A stretch of 38,174 nucleotides of DNA from a virus (Duplodnaviria; Caudoviricetes): positions 1-38,174 of the IMG/VR virus record IMGVR_UViG_3300031716_000027; one strand, written 5' to 3'. Positions 17,500 through 27,266 of the stretch are shown piece by piece; the stretch's first letter is position 1, and each line of letters opens with the position of its first letter. A program made the position numbers and the translations under genes. The notes beneath the pieces are model-generated. The model did not search any database and was not told where the DNA came from. It worked only from the letters and a program-made list of their open reading frames with translations.

Positions 17500-19520
17500 T
17501 GAATATACAAGAATTTAAACAGCAGTATCCAGCCTATAAAGATATACCAGATGATGTGCTGGCGGATAAGCTGTACAATAAATTCTATTCTACGGCGATG
17601 AGTCGAGAAGATTTTAATAAAAAATTGGGGATGCAGACGCAGGTGTCTACACAGCCTCAAAACGGCATAGTTAATCAAATAGGCCAAGGTATTGGGAATA
17701 CGGCTCAAGACTTAATCGGTATGGGCGCTGGCGCAATTAATGCTATTGTTCATCCTGTTGATACAGCTAAATCAACGGCGCAAGCTTTATCACATCCCGT
17801 TGATTTAGCAAGAGACGTCACACAAGGCGCGCTTCAAGGTACAATTAATTTAGGGGCGCTCCTGAATAAGGGTTTGACGGCTGGCGTTAATAAAGCGCTT
17901 GGCACCCAACTTGCCGCCCCTGATGTATCCAATTTTGCCGCCCCAGTGGGCTCTGGCAAGTCCGGTCTTTCCAATCAAATAGCGCGCGGTTTTGGTTCAT
18001 TTGCTCCGTTGGCTCTTACTGGAGGTGAATCTATTTTAGGTCAATTGTTAGCTGCTTCTTTGTCAAGCGCGGCAAATGCCCCGAAAGGTAATGAGGTATC
18101 AGGCTTAACGGAGGGCTTGTTAACTAGCGCATTACCATTAAGCGTTTTAAAAGGCGCTGAAGCTTTAAGACCAAGCTCTATATTTAGAGGTAATTTATCA
18201 CCAGAGCAATTAAGCTCAAATTTGCAACAAACTGCTGGTACCACAACGGGGCTTGGTGATGTTATTCACAATAAATTCCTAAAAGATACAATGGAAAACA
18301 CGCTTCCATCTTTGCCATTTTCTAATGCAAATGAAACTATGCAGAAAACAGCGCAGCAAGTTAATGATAAAGGCGCTGATTTACTTAAAAAAATGTTGGG
18401 AGATACCCAACAACCTGAAGACATCCCCGCAACATTACAAAGCGCATTAGGGACCGCCTTAAAATCAGTTCAACAACAAAAACGGCAAAAATATAATGAA
18501 CTTAACACGGAAGCTGAAAAAAGTGGCTTAACTATTAGTAATAATAATCTACAGCAAACTGCCGCCGATAGGTTAACTGAAATTCAAAGCGATCCAGATT
18601 TAGCCCGAAAGGTTTCGCCTGCAATTTTAGCCGATTTGCAACATTATGCTGCTGGAAATGCCGATAAAAAGACGTTAAAAAATGCCGATATTCTTCGAGG
18701 GATGATGGGCGATAGTGCGCAATCCGCTTTTGAAAATGGCAATAATTATGAGTACGGGATTCATAAAGATTTGCAAGGCGCAATACAATCGGACATAAAC
18801 GAATCAATAAATAATTCCGGTAATGATAAATTAAAGCAATTAAGAGATTCTGCGCACAAATTCTATGCAACAAGCGTAGCTCCGTTTGAAACGGCTGAAA
18901 TAATGAAATACACCCGTCAAGGTGGCGATCCAGATTTATTATTAAATAGTTTTATAAAAACTACTTCCGTTTCTGACAGAGGTAGGCTACTAAAACAATT
19001 AATGGAAAAACTGCCAGAAAATCAATCACGTGTTGTTCCATTCGCGTATTACTCCAGGGCGGTTAAAAACGGGGAATTCAATCCCCAAAAATTTGCATCT
19101 TTACATAACGCTTTAGGTGAAGAGCAAAAAAGGGTTTTAGTATCAGATGATAATTTAAGAAAGTCAATAGATAACTATAGTGGATTGGTGCAAAAAAACA
19201 AAGAACCCTTAAATGCCATGTTCAACCCTCCTACCGGAGCTCGTAATAAATTTTTGGCGCCACTTTCTTTAATGTCAAGCGGGGCAAGTATTGGCTCAGC
19301 AATAGGCGGCATCCCAGGCGCTATATTGGGGGCAACGACTGGCCTAATAGCTCCAGGACTTGCTTCACGGCCAATAGCTAAAGCACTTACGTCAGAAAAA
19401 ATAAGAAATAATTTAGTTAATGCAATGGTACAAAATAAGGTTAAAATTAACACACCAAGGAATAGGATGTTGGCAAATACTTTAATGCAAGCATTAACCA
19501 ATCAACCAGGAGCACGATAA
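17499..19520 (+). CDS. Large ejection protein, gp16-like position
   Basis: EF..QYP.Y.D..D..LAD..Y.KFY N-terminal motif; Gly/Ala-rich putative membrane segments. Confidence 0.65.
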   Translation: MNIQEFKQQYPAYKDIPDDVLADKLYNKFYSTAMSREDFNKKLGMQTQVSTQPQNGIVNQIGQGIGNTAQDLIGMGAGAINAIVHPVDTAKSTAQALSHPVDLARDVTQGALQGTINLGALLNKGLTAGVNKALGTQLAAPDVSNFAAPVGSGKSGLSNQIARGFGSFAPLALTGGESILGQLLAASLSSAANAPKGNEVSGLTEGLLTSALPLSVLKGAEALRPSSIFRGNLSPEQLSSNLQQTAGTTTGLGDVIHNKFLKDTMENTLPSLPFSNANETMQKTAQQVNDKGADLLKKMLGDTQQPEDIPATLQSALGTALKSVQQQKRQKYNELNTEAEKSGLTISNNNLQQTAADRLTEIQSDPDLARKVSPAILADLQHYAAGNADKKTLKNADILRGMMGDSAQSAFENGNNYEYGIHKDLQGAIQSDINESINNSGNDKLKQLRDSAHKFYATSVAPFETAEIMKYTRQGGDPDLLLNSFIKTTSVSDRGRLLKQLMEKLPENQSRVVPFAYYSRAVKNGEFNPQKFASLHNALGEEQKRVLVSDDNLRKSIDNYSGLVQKNKEPLNAMFNPPTGARNKFLAPLSLMSSGASIGSAIGGIPGAILGATTGLIAPGLASRPIAKALTSEKIRNNLVNAMVQNKVKINTPRNRMLANTLMQALTNQPGAR

Positions 19521-21958
19521 TGACACTAGACCCGCGATTTATAGTCACAAGCGATTTGGAAAGTTATTTTGTAGATAAGGACAGTGGGGCGCCATTAGCT
19601 GCTGGTATTGTAACGTTTTATTCAGATATCAACAGAATTACAAAAAAACCTGTTTATCAGCTTACAGGTTCACCACCTAATTATACCTATTCAGCACTTC
19701 CCAATCCTTCTATATTATCTGGTGTGGGTACCTTTCAAGACGAAAGTGGCAACAACATTGTTCCTTATTATTTCCCATATCAAGGCACCCCTGATGATAG
19801 TGACGGCACCATTGAACTATATTATATTACCGTTCAAAATATGGACGAAGTGGATCAATTTACACGCGAAGGGTGGCCCAATGTTACATCTAGCGGCAAC
19901 TTAGATAATGAAGGCTTTAGAAACTTTATTCCCAATGGTCAATTTATTACGCATACTGACTCACCCCCTGTAATAGAAGATACCGCGACGAATACAGATA
20001 TTTATTATTATGCTCAAGGTGGCTTTTCGTTTAGGCGTACGCACGGTGGGGCGTCCGTTTTTGATAATACATTTACGCGAATTACTGGCGGTGTATCTGG
20101 CCTTGATGATTTTCCTCGCTATGCCTTTAATTTTAATTGCATATCGTTTAGTTCAAGCGATCAAGTACGCGACATCATGTGGCAATGGCCTGGCATTAAT
20201 CAATTTTCCAGTGGTAATCCGCCAGGCTCTCAAGCTTATACATTTACGGTTTCTGCACAAAGTAATGATTCAAATACGTATACTTTTGATGTAAGGTTAA
20301 TTAGAAATTATGGTACGGGTGGTTCTCCCTCTTCGCAAGTTGACACCAGCATCGGTACGTTCGTAATAACTCCGGCTTATGCAGTCTATTCATTAAACAT
20401 AGGTTCAATTCCTGTTGCAGCTGGAAACTTGGGAACAAACAATGATGATTATGTTGGGATTGCCTTAAGAGGTCCAGCAGGTAGCTTTAATATTCAAACA
20501 ACAGACTATTCACAGCTTATTGGCACTGTACAGCCTGATTTCTTTCCGGTTCAAACTGATGCCGACATGAAGGCACGTGGCGTCGCTGGATGGATGCCAA
20601 TTCCTAACCCTGATGGGTCTGATTTATATTTACCGTTGGTATTGACACCAAAAGGAATGCAGTTCGATCATTCGCAAATCGGTGAGATTACACCTATTGT
20701 GAATTATATTGCTGATTTTACTGATGAAATGGGCGCTTTCACTCCCATAAGTACCACAGGAAATAGCTTGACCTGTACCGGCGATTCTTATCCAACTGCG
20801 GCTTATTCACCATTAGGTATTCCTTACGCACGACTTCAAGCTAAGTTGTTTAATGAAGCTACGGGCGAATGCGTTACCGGAACAGGTCCAGATTTTGTAA
20901 TGAGTTATTTATATGCCGGAGTTACAAATGCATTAAGAATTACGACAAATGTACCTGGAGCGCAAACGGTGAGTGCAAACGGAGTTATTTCGCCTACATT
21001 TACTATTACGACGCTTTTTACAGGGTCAACGGCTTATGAAGCATTTGCATACGTTATAAAAAATGCGCACACACTTTATGTAATAAGTAGCCCATCAGGA
21101 GTGGCTACGGCTGCTAATGCAGGAACATCCGGATTTATTGTTGCTCAACTATTAAATGCTCCTTCTATTCGCTCTATGTTTAGCGTGGATGTTAATGCTT
21201 TACCAGCTGCCGGCACTTATTTCACCTTTGACATTCCAACAATTGGTAGTTTTTATGTCTGGTTTACCGTGAATGGCGTTGGAGCCAACCCAACGCCAGG
21301 TGGTACAGGAATTTTGGTACCTATTTTATCTTCCTATACTACACAGGATGTAACTAACTTAATAAGGGAAGCTATTGCAGGCTTTCAAACTACAAATATT
21401 GTGACGGTGGCTGCATCTTCTATTCCTGCGGGAGCCTACTTTACATTTAATACCTATCCAAGTTATCAATGGACGGTATGGTATGAAGTAGGCGGGAGTG
21501 GTTCTTCTCCAGTAGTAGACTTTGATATAAAAGTGACATTATCAGGCACAGAAACAGCGGCTCAAGTTGCACAGGCCACTCGATTGGCTATCAATCGTCA
21601 TGTATTTGCAACGCCTAATTTAACAGCAGCAACCTTGCGCGGATGGAACAACGGAGCGGCTGGCCTCCCAGACGACCCAGGCACTCTTGAGCGCTTTGGC
21701 TTAACTGATAATGCTCCTTTTAGTACCAGCACATTGGCGTCTTATCAATATTATCAAATGCAACAACATTTTCATATGTATGACAAATCGGATTCACCTA
21801 TAACTAATTTTATTAGTGCAGGCCCAGTTGAATCTGTGCCTGTAGAATCGAATAGTGGTCTGCCAGTTATTAACTTTACCGAAACCAATACTACTTATTC
21901 GGGCGGAAATGAAACAAGACCATTTAATTATTCAGTATTATTCACAATAAAATATTAA
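19520..21958 (+). CDS. Tail fibre with N-terminal virion-binding domain and collar-type C-terminus
   Basis: D..G.PLA.G.V.FY N-terminal motif; PNL....LRGW, QHFH and GGNETRP.N.SV.F.IKY C-terminal motifs. Confidence 0.8.
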   Translation: MTLDPRFIVTSDLESYFVDKDSGAPLAAGIVTFYSDINRITKKPVYQLTGSPPNYTYSALPNPSILSGVGTFQDESGNNIVPYYFPYQGTPDDSDGTIELYYITVQNMDEVDQFTREGWPNVTSSGNLDNEGFRNFIPNGQFITHTDSPPVIEDTATNTDIYYYAQGGFSFRRTHGGASVFDNTFTRITGGVSGLDDFPRYAFNFNCISFSSSDQVRDIMWQWPGINQFSSGNPPGSQAYTFTVSAQSNDSNTYTFDVRLIRNYGTGGSPSSQVDTSIGTFVITPAYAVYSLNIGSIPVAAGNLGTNNDDYVGIALRGPAGSFNIQTTDYSQLIGTVQPDFFPVQTDADMKARGVAGWMPIPNPDGSDLYLPLVLTPKGMQFDHSQIGEITPIVNYIADFTDEMGAFTPISTTGNSLTCTGDSYPTAAYSPLGIPYARLQAKLFNEATGECVTGTGPDFVMSYLYAGVTNALRITTNVPGAQTVSANGVISPTFTITTLFTGSTAYEAFAYVIKNAHTLYVISSPSGVATAANAGTSGFIVAQLLNAPSIRSMFSVDVNALPAAGTYFTFDIPTIGSFYVWFTVNGVGANPTPGGTGILVPILSSYTTQDVTNLIREAIAGFQTTNIVTVAASSIPAGAYFTFNTYPSYQWTVWYEVGGSGSSPVVDFDIKVTLSGTETAAQVAQATRLAINRHVFATPNLTAATLRGWNNGAAGLPDDPGTLERFGLTDNAPFSTSTLASYQYYQMQQHFHMYDKSDSPITNFISAGPVESVPVESNSGLPVINFTETNTTYSGGNETRPFNYSVLFTIKY

Positions 21959-21970
21959 CAGGGGTATAAA

Positions 21971-22330
21971 ATGACAACAACAATATTCAACATGACAAGA
22001 GATGTAGCCGGTAATAATGGCTTTGGCGTTATGCCATCTACTGTAAAATATGGTGCATTATTAACACAAAATGTTGCGCAAACCGTCACAGTTCCGAGTG
22101 ATTATAGCAATTACATTGCTATTTTTACTTACACTCCTGGCGCGCATGTGTTTGTTGCCTATGATGATACGGCGACAGCTTTTAGTGGCACTATGAGCGC
22201 AGTAGATTCAGAGCTTAACCCGATTGGTCGTCAACTCAAAGCTGGTCAAGTCATTAGCTTATTAACCCCTGATACTAATGGGGCTTATGTTGGGGTAGTG
22301 TTTTACGTCATATTGCCTTTTGGGAATTAA
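21971..22330 (+). CDS. Small beta-rich tail-associated protein
   Basis: GGGG RBS; located between fibre genes. Confidence 0.6.
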   Translation: MTTTIFNMTRDVAGNNGFGVMPSTVKYGALLTQNVAQTVTVPSDYSNYIAIFTYTPGAHVFVAYDDTATAFSGTMSAVDSELNPIGRQLKAGQVISLLTPDTNGAYVGVVFYVILPFGN

Positions 22331-22332
22331 TC

Positions 22333-22512
22333 ATGATTACAAAACCATTTGGTGATAAAGTAACAATTAATCCATTGACGGTTAATTCATTTAATCAAAC
22401 AAACAGCCCTACAACAGCAGATGTGCCAATTCAGGATGACTTTTTATTACTGAGCGGCGATAACTTTCTTTTGCTAAACGGCGATCAATTTGACCTACTA
22501 GGAGTTAATTAA
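22333..22512 (+). CDS. 59-aa tail-fibre adaptor-like peptide (not in ORF track)
   Basis: MITKPF...FLLLSGDNFLLLNGDQFDLLGVN; exactly fills the gap between two + strand genes. Confidence 0.6.
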   Translation: MITKPFGDKVTINPLTVNSFNQTNSPTTADVPIQDDFLLLSGDNFLLLNGDQFDLLGVN

Positions 22513-22514
22513 AG

Positions 22515-25337
22515 ATGGGTACTAATATAAACCAGATTCCAACACAAGCAACTACCATTGAATCAACAGATAAATTGTATCTTGGTCGCTTGCCATATGG
22601 GGCAACTGATGATAGATATTTTTTTGGGGGTGCTGTTTTATTAAATTCTGCTACAGCTAGCCCGACTCCTGGAATGGTTCCTTTTTGCCAAGGCGGAGCA
22701 AACAACCAAAGGCAATTATATGACGCCAATTTTGTATATGATAATATAAAAAGCTTTCTAACGGTTGGCGGTCTTGGATTTAGCGATACAACCCAAGCTG
22801 GCCTAGAGTTACAAAGTTTAACTCAAACGCAGATTGATGCATTAGGCACTCCTTTTCAAGGTGATTTAGTAGCGAATACAACTACAGCGCGACCCAATTA
22901 TTATGATGGAAGCGCTATGCAAGAAATTGCTTATACAGCTGACTTACCATTAATAAGCGGCGTAAATGTAGGTACATCAGCACAATATACCTCTTTTGGA
23001 GAAGCTTTTTCTTCTGTTATAACATCTAATGGGTTTTATCAGTTTAATGAAATATCAGATGTAACAGAGGTACAAAATTACACATTTACATTTGATAATG
23101 CAGTGATGTTAATTTTAAAGCCAGAATATAGCTTAAATATTGGTGATTATAGTATATTTAATTATGGTACGACCAATACTACATTTTTGATTAATGGCAA
23201 TCTTTCTACCATCAATTATGCCAGAACAACAGATAGCCCATTGTTTGATGCTGTGGCGTCCACCACCCCTGGTTTAATAATCAATAATTTACAGGTAAAT
23301 GATTCTACGAGTGCAGATGTTGATTCCTATATGGTATATGCGACTTCTCCAAGTCAAAATGTAAATATTTCAAATTTAAATTATTCATTGCCAAATACAA
23401 ACAAGTCCGGCATTTATGTTTCAACAATGCAAGGCTCGAATATTACCTTTATTGGTAATGGCACAAGTTGTGGAAATGCATTAACCAGCACATCTGCTGC
23501 ATTATTGAGCAGGATTGTAATGGTAGGAACTTATGATACTTCAGTTCCCCAGATTAGTTTAAGCGCTGGTTTATTAGGTAATGTGATATGTGTGGCCAAT
23601 AATGATATTAATATTTCATTGGGCAACCTTTCACGCTTTGAAAATGGGTTTGCTTATTTATCAGGTTTTAATGTTACAGCCCTTGAAAATGCTGAAATTG
23701 ATATAAATAATGTAGGTTCATTAGCTTTGATACTTCAAGACAACACTATGGCAAGTCTCGATCAATGCCATATCAAATCGATTGATGATAGCGCTGCTAC
23801 TGCAACAAGATTAATAACATTTAATAGTTGTGAATTTACTGCCCCCATTACCTTAGGAACGGGAACAAACGCCCCTGTTTATTCCATTATCGGTGGTGCG
23901 TTACCCACGGCAATTAATATTGATTCAGGTGATTGTATTATAAATGCCGCTAGTGGAGATGCTGGCCTTACTACCATAACTGTGGGCGCTTCGGCAGGTG
24001 TAGTAACTATAAGTAACTGTACGAATGTTACTATCATTGATAATAGTGGCCATGCTCAAATTATTGGTAATACCCCCTCAAACTTAACGGATGGTCAAGT
24101 ACTTGGTGGCGTAACTGGCTCTGTACCTAAGCCAATGAGTTTTGTCGCTGGCACAAATATGACATCCATTGACTATGATGAACCAACCTCAACTTTAACT
24201 TTTAATGCTGATTCAGGTGGCGGAGCAAGCTGGTTTACGGCAACGATTGGAACTGGGGGCGATTATTTAACGGTCGCTTCCGCTTTGACTGCTCTCATTA
24301 CTACTACGACAAATATTAATGTTAGACTTGTATTTTTGACGTCTATTACAGAGGTATCGAGCTTTACGTGGCCTACTGGCTCAAATTATAATGCATCGGT
24401 TTACATTTATATTCCTCATTCGTTCCAATGGGAAACCGATAATTACAATATCTTTACGATAGATAACTCATTGACATTAAGCGTAACCATCGAATCTCCT
24501 TTTGCTTATTTATATTACAATTTCACCTCTAATAACAGTTGGTTTAAAAATAACAGCTCAACTGGCGCGCCTTCACTGACATTTATAGGGCAGATAAATA
24601 TTGTAAATCAAAGCACAGTCGGGGTTAACTCTTATTTATACAAAGATGGTGGAACAAATGCATCTATCATAAGATTTATAGGAAACCATGCCTGGACGAC
24701 AAGAAATAATATAGCATCTGGTATTTATGGAAACCAATGCAGCGTATATGTGAATGGAGCATTAAATATTACAGGGGGTGGCTCATCGTGTGCATTTGTT
24801 ATTATTAGCGGATTAATAAATGCTGATAAATTACAAGCACAAGGTACATTTGACTCATCTACCCCTACAATTGCTGCTGAATTAATTGAAATTAATTCTT
24901 TAAATTTAACAACTGATTTATATATGAGCGTTATTCAAAAAGTAATTATATCATCTGGGCTTAATAGTAGCGGTGGGTGTGGATTGGATATAGCAAATAA
25001 TGCTATCGTTATTCTAAATGACTTAACAAATATTAATATTATAAGCACAGGCACTAATGTGGCTATTATTTCGACAGACTGTGGCTTTAGTGTTTATGAT
25101 TTTGCGTTAACGGGGGCTTCTCGGCTGACAAATGCTCTCTTTAACAATATCGATATTAGCATCAACACTAATAATTCTGTATTGATTGGGTGTGGTCTTA
25201 TAAATGGCACATTAACACTTGAACCAGGTGTCCAAAATAATCAAATTGGATTTTTCCACTCTACGAATGGTGGAGTTGATATTGTCGATAATAGTGGGAA
25301 TGCCAGCAATTTACAGTCGGTAATTTCTTCTTTTTAG
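22515..25337 (+). CDS. Tailspike / receptor-binding protein with two beta-helix-like modules
   Basis: 940 aa, N/I/T/S-rich, with two homologous segments each starting G....Y.(S/T)...A. Confidence 0.7.
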   Translation: MGTNINQIPTQATTIESTDKLYLGRLPYGATDDRYFFGGAVLLNSATASPTPGMVPFCQGGANNQRQLYDANFVYDNIKSFLTVGGLGFSDTTQAGLELQSLTQTQIDALGTPFQGDLVANTTTARPNYYDGSAMQEIAYTADLPLISGVNVGTSAQYTSFGEAFSSVITSNGFYQFNEISDVTEVQNYTFTFDNAVMLILKPEYSLNIGDYSIFNYGTTNTTFLINGNLSTINYARTTDSPLFDAVASTTPGLIINNLQVNDSTSADVDSYMVYATSPSQNVNISNLNYSLPNTNKSGIYVSTMQGSNITFIGNGTSCGNALTSTSAALLSRIVMVGTYDTSVPQISLSAGLLGNVICVANNDINISLGNLSRFENGFAYLSGFNVTALENAEIDINNVGSLALILQDNTMASLDQCHIKSIDDSAATATRLITFNSCEFTAPITLGTGTNAPVYSIIGGALPTAINIDSGDCIINAASGDAGLTTITVGASAGVVTISNCTNVTIIDNSGHAQIIGNTPSNLTDGQVLGGVTGSVPKPMSFVAGTNMTSIDYDEPTSTLTFNADSGGGASWFTATIGTGGDYLTVASALTALITTTTNINVRLVFLTSITEVSSFTWPTGSNYNASVYIYIPHSFQWETDNYNIFTIDNSLTLSVTIESPFAYLYYNFTSNNSWFKNNSSTGAPSLTFIGQINIVNQSTVGVNSYLYKDGGTNASIIRFIGNHAWTTRNNIASGIYGNQCSVYVNGALNITGGGSSCAFVIISGLINADKLQAQGTFDSSTPTIAAELIEINSLNLTTDLYMSVIQKVIISSGLNSSGGCGLDIANNAIVILNDLTNINIISTGTNVAIISTDCGFSVYDFALTGASRLTNALFNNIDISINTNNSVLIGCGLINGTLTLEPGVQNNQIGFFHSTNGGVDIVDNSGNASNLQSVISSF

Positions 25338-25361
25338 GTAAATTTCCTTAAGGTGTCTTAG

Positions 25362-25646
25362 ATGTCAAGTGGATGTAAAAATAAAAGTAAATTTGCAAAA
25401 AAATGGTTTAAAGAAGCATTAGCAATTTTCATTATTATTATGTGCTTTTTATCATTTGGTATGTATGTGCTATTTGCTCACGACATTGATGCAACCACAA
25501 GGCCGAGCGTTGATATGCTAATGGATACATTAATTAGTTGGGTATCATTTGTCATGGGTCACTTTTTTGGCGGCGCGGAAGCTCGCTTTACAAAAGAGCC
25601 TAATCTAATAAAAACAGATAAAAATGACAAGGGTTTAAATAATTAA
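25362..25646 (+). CDS. Putative holin (2 TM segments)
   Basis: Basic N-terminus, two hydrophobic segments, V.GHFFGG motif and a charged C-terminus. Confidence 0.55.
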   Translation: MSSGCKNKSKFAKKWFKEALAIFIIIMCFLSFGMYVLFAHDIDATTRPSVDMLMDTLISWVSFVMGHFFGGAEARFTKEPNLIKTDKNDKGLNN

Positions 25647-25716
25647 TTTATTAATTAAAATTGATTTGAGTGTTTCTTTGTGTAAAAATGTAATAAATTA
25701 TTAGGAGTTTATTAAA

Positions 25717-26781
25717 ATGACAAGTTACTTTAATATTGGGTTTACCGGTCAGGTTGGCGTTAAACCACAACGAATTCAAATCGTTACTAGTGACGCCTTG
25801 AACGTAGTGACGGCTGCCGGATGGTTAAATAATCAGCCCTTAACAACAAAGCCAACCCCTACCGATATTGTAGACATGCTTTATAGCTTTAATGCGGCTA
25901 CCGGCGTAGGTACTTATGGGGAATTTCTAGTGACGTCTTCTGCTGGCATACTGACATTGGTTCAATACGTCAGCCCAGGCGATGTAACTTTACCTGTGAC
26001 AAATAACTACTTTGCGGTATTTGACGGAACCACGGGCAAAATTAAGCAAAATGCTGGTACGTCCATAAATGCTGGCTCTATTCAAGCAGGCTTAAGTGGC
26101 ACGGCGGGCGGTTTCTATTCCTATCCCGCAACTGCAGATACGGGCTTTATTAATATACAAGCTATCGCAAATGCTGGCAATTATGGAATTACTCTTAATA
26201 ACATTTCGTTTGGCCAAGCAACTACCTTAACGATTCCCGACCCAGGTGCTTCAGCTGCTCGTTTCATTTTGTCAAACAGTACTGGCGTTCAAGTAATCAA
26301 TGGTGGAGGATTCCAAATTGCGGTAGGGCATATAACCACTGGAAATATCGCTGGTGGCTGGCAAGGTGGCATGATTGCTTATCCGGTAACTGCTTCAAAA
26401 GGTAGCTTACAAGTATTGGCCACTCCTAATATCGGCAATACCAACACTGTAGTGACAAATGCGGCAATGGGTCAAGCTAGCACGATTACTATTCCAGACC
26501 CAGGCGTGGCATCTGCAGCTTTTGTTCTTGCTCCTGGCGCATCAAATGCCAAACTTTATTTCGGACGCACTCCTTTATGGGCGGGTGGTTCGACCCTTAA
26601 TACGTATTCTGTCCCGGCGGTAAGACCTGACTCAACCATTCTTGTTCATCAATTTTCAAGTAGCAACCCAGTTAGCACATCAAATGCGGCTTGCACGGTT
26701 GCTGGCACCCTGACAGTAACATTTACTGGCGACCCTGGCGCAGATACCGAGTTATCATATATAATTATCAATCCTTCATAA
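25717..26781 (+). CDS. Fibre-like structural protein with an internal repeat
   Basis: AGGAG RBS; duplicated G...YP.TA..G....GQA.T.TIPDPG...A.F.L unit. Confidence 0.65.
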   Translation: MTSYFNIGFTGQVGVKPQRIQIVTSDALNVVTAAGWLNNQPLTTKPTPTDIVDMLYSFNAATGVGTYGEFLVTSSAGILTLVQYVSPGDVTLPVTNNYFAVFDGTTGKIKQNAGTSINAGSIQAGLSGTAGGFYSYPATADTGFINIQAIANAGNYGITLNNISFGQATTLTIPDPGASAARFILSNSTGVQVINGGGFQIAVGHITTGNIAGGWQGGMIAYPVTASKGSLQVLATPNIGNTNTVVTNAAMGQASTITIPDPGVASAAFVLAPGASNAKLYFGRTPLWAGGSTLNTYSVPAVRPDSTILVHQFSSSNPVSTSNAACTVAGTLTVTFTGDPGADTELSYIIINPS

Positions 26782-26798
26782 GAGAGAGATACAGCAGA

Positions 26799-26981
26799 AT
26801 GATTGAAATAATGACAAAAAGGTTAGAAGAATTGAGAAATGCATTTGATGTGCAGAACAACTGCCTGCAGCAAAATTTATCTAACCTCAATATGATTAAA
26901 GGTGCCATTCAAGAAGTTGAATCTTTACTGAAGTGTCTTCAAGAGAGAAATTATCCTGAACTCCCCATAGTAAATAATTAA
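26799..26981 (+). CDS. Small coiled-coil protein (possible fibre chaperone)
   Basis: ATG at 26799; heptad pattern with L..IKGAIQE.E.L. Confidence 0.55.
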   Translation: MIEIMTKRLEELRNAFDVQNNCLQQNLSNLNMIKGAIQEVESLLKCLQERNYPELPIVNN

Positions 26982-26989
26982 GGGTTGAA

Positions 26990-27154
26990 ATGAAAGCAAA
27001 AAAAGGTATGGGTTTTAAAACTGCACAAAAATCAATTGCCGAAAAAGAACACATACCCATGAAAAACGCAGGTGCCATACTGGCATCTGCGAGTCGGAAT
27101 GCTAGTGCAGGCGCTAAGAAAAAGAATCCTAATTTAAAAAAAGTTAAGGGTTAA
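26990..27154 (+). CDS. 54-aa highly basic protein (not in ORF track)
   Basis: MKAKKGMGFKTAQKSIAEKEHIPMKNAGAILASASRNASAGAKKKNPNLKKVKG; AAGGG RBS. Confidence 0.7.
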   Translation: MKAKKGMGFKTAQKSIAEKEHIPMKNAGAILASASRNASAGAKKKNPNLKKVKG

Positions 27155-27189
27155 TCACCTTTAATATAAAGGTACGCTATTAATAAAGA

Positions 27190-27266
27190 TGGTCGGAGCA
27201 GAAGGATTTGAACCTTCGACCAATCGCTTCCAAAGCGAGTACGCTACCCGGCTGCGCTATGCTCCG
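27190..27266 (-). tRNA. tRNA-Pro(UGG), 77 nt, CCA encoded
   Basis: Cloverleaf CGGAGCA/TGCTCCG, D arm GCGC/GCGT, anticodon loop TTTGGAA, T arm GAAGG-TTCAAAT-CCTTC, ACCA end; C1-G72 and A73. Confidence 0.93.

Noticed and set aside
27190-27266. attP-associated tRNA fragment
   Set aside because: The tRNA is full length and no integrase is visible. It cannot be fully excluded without the host genome.
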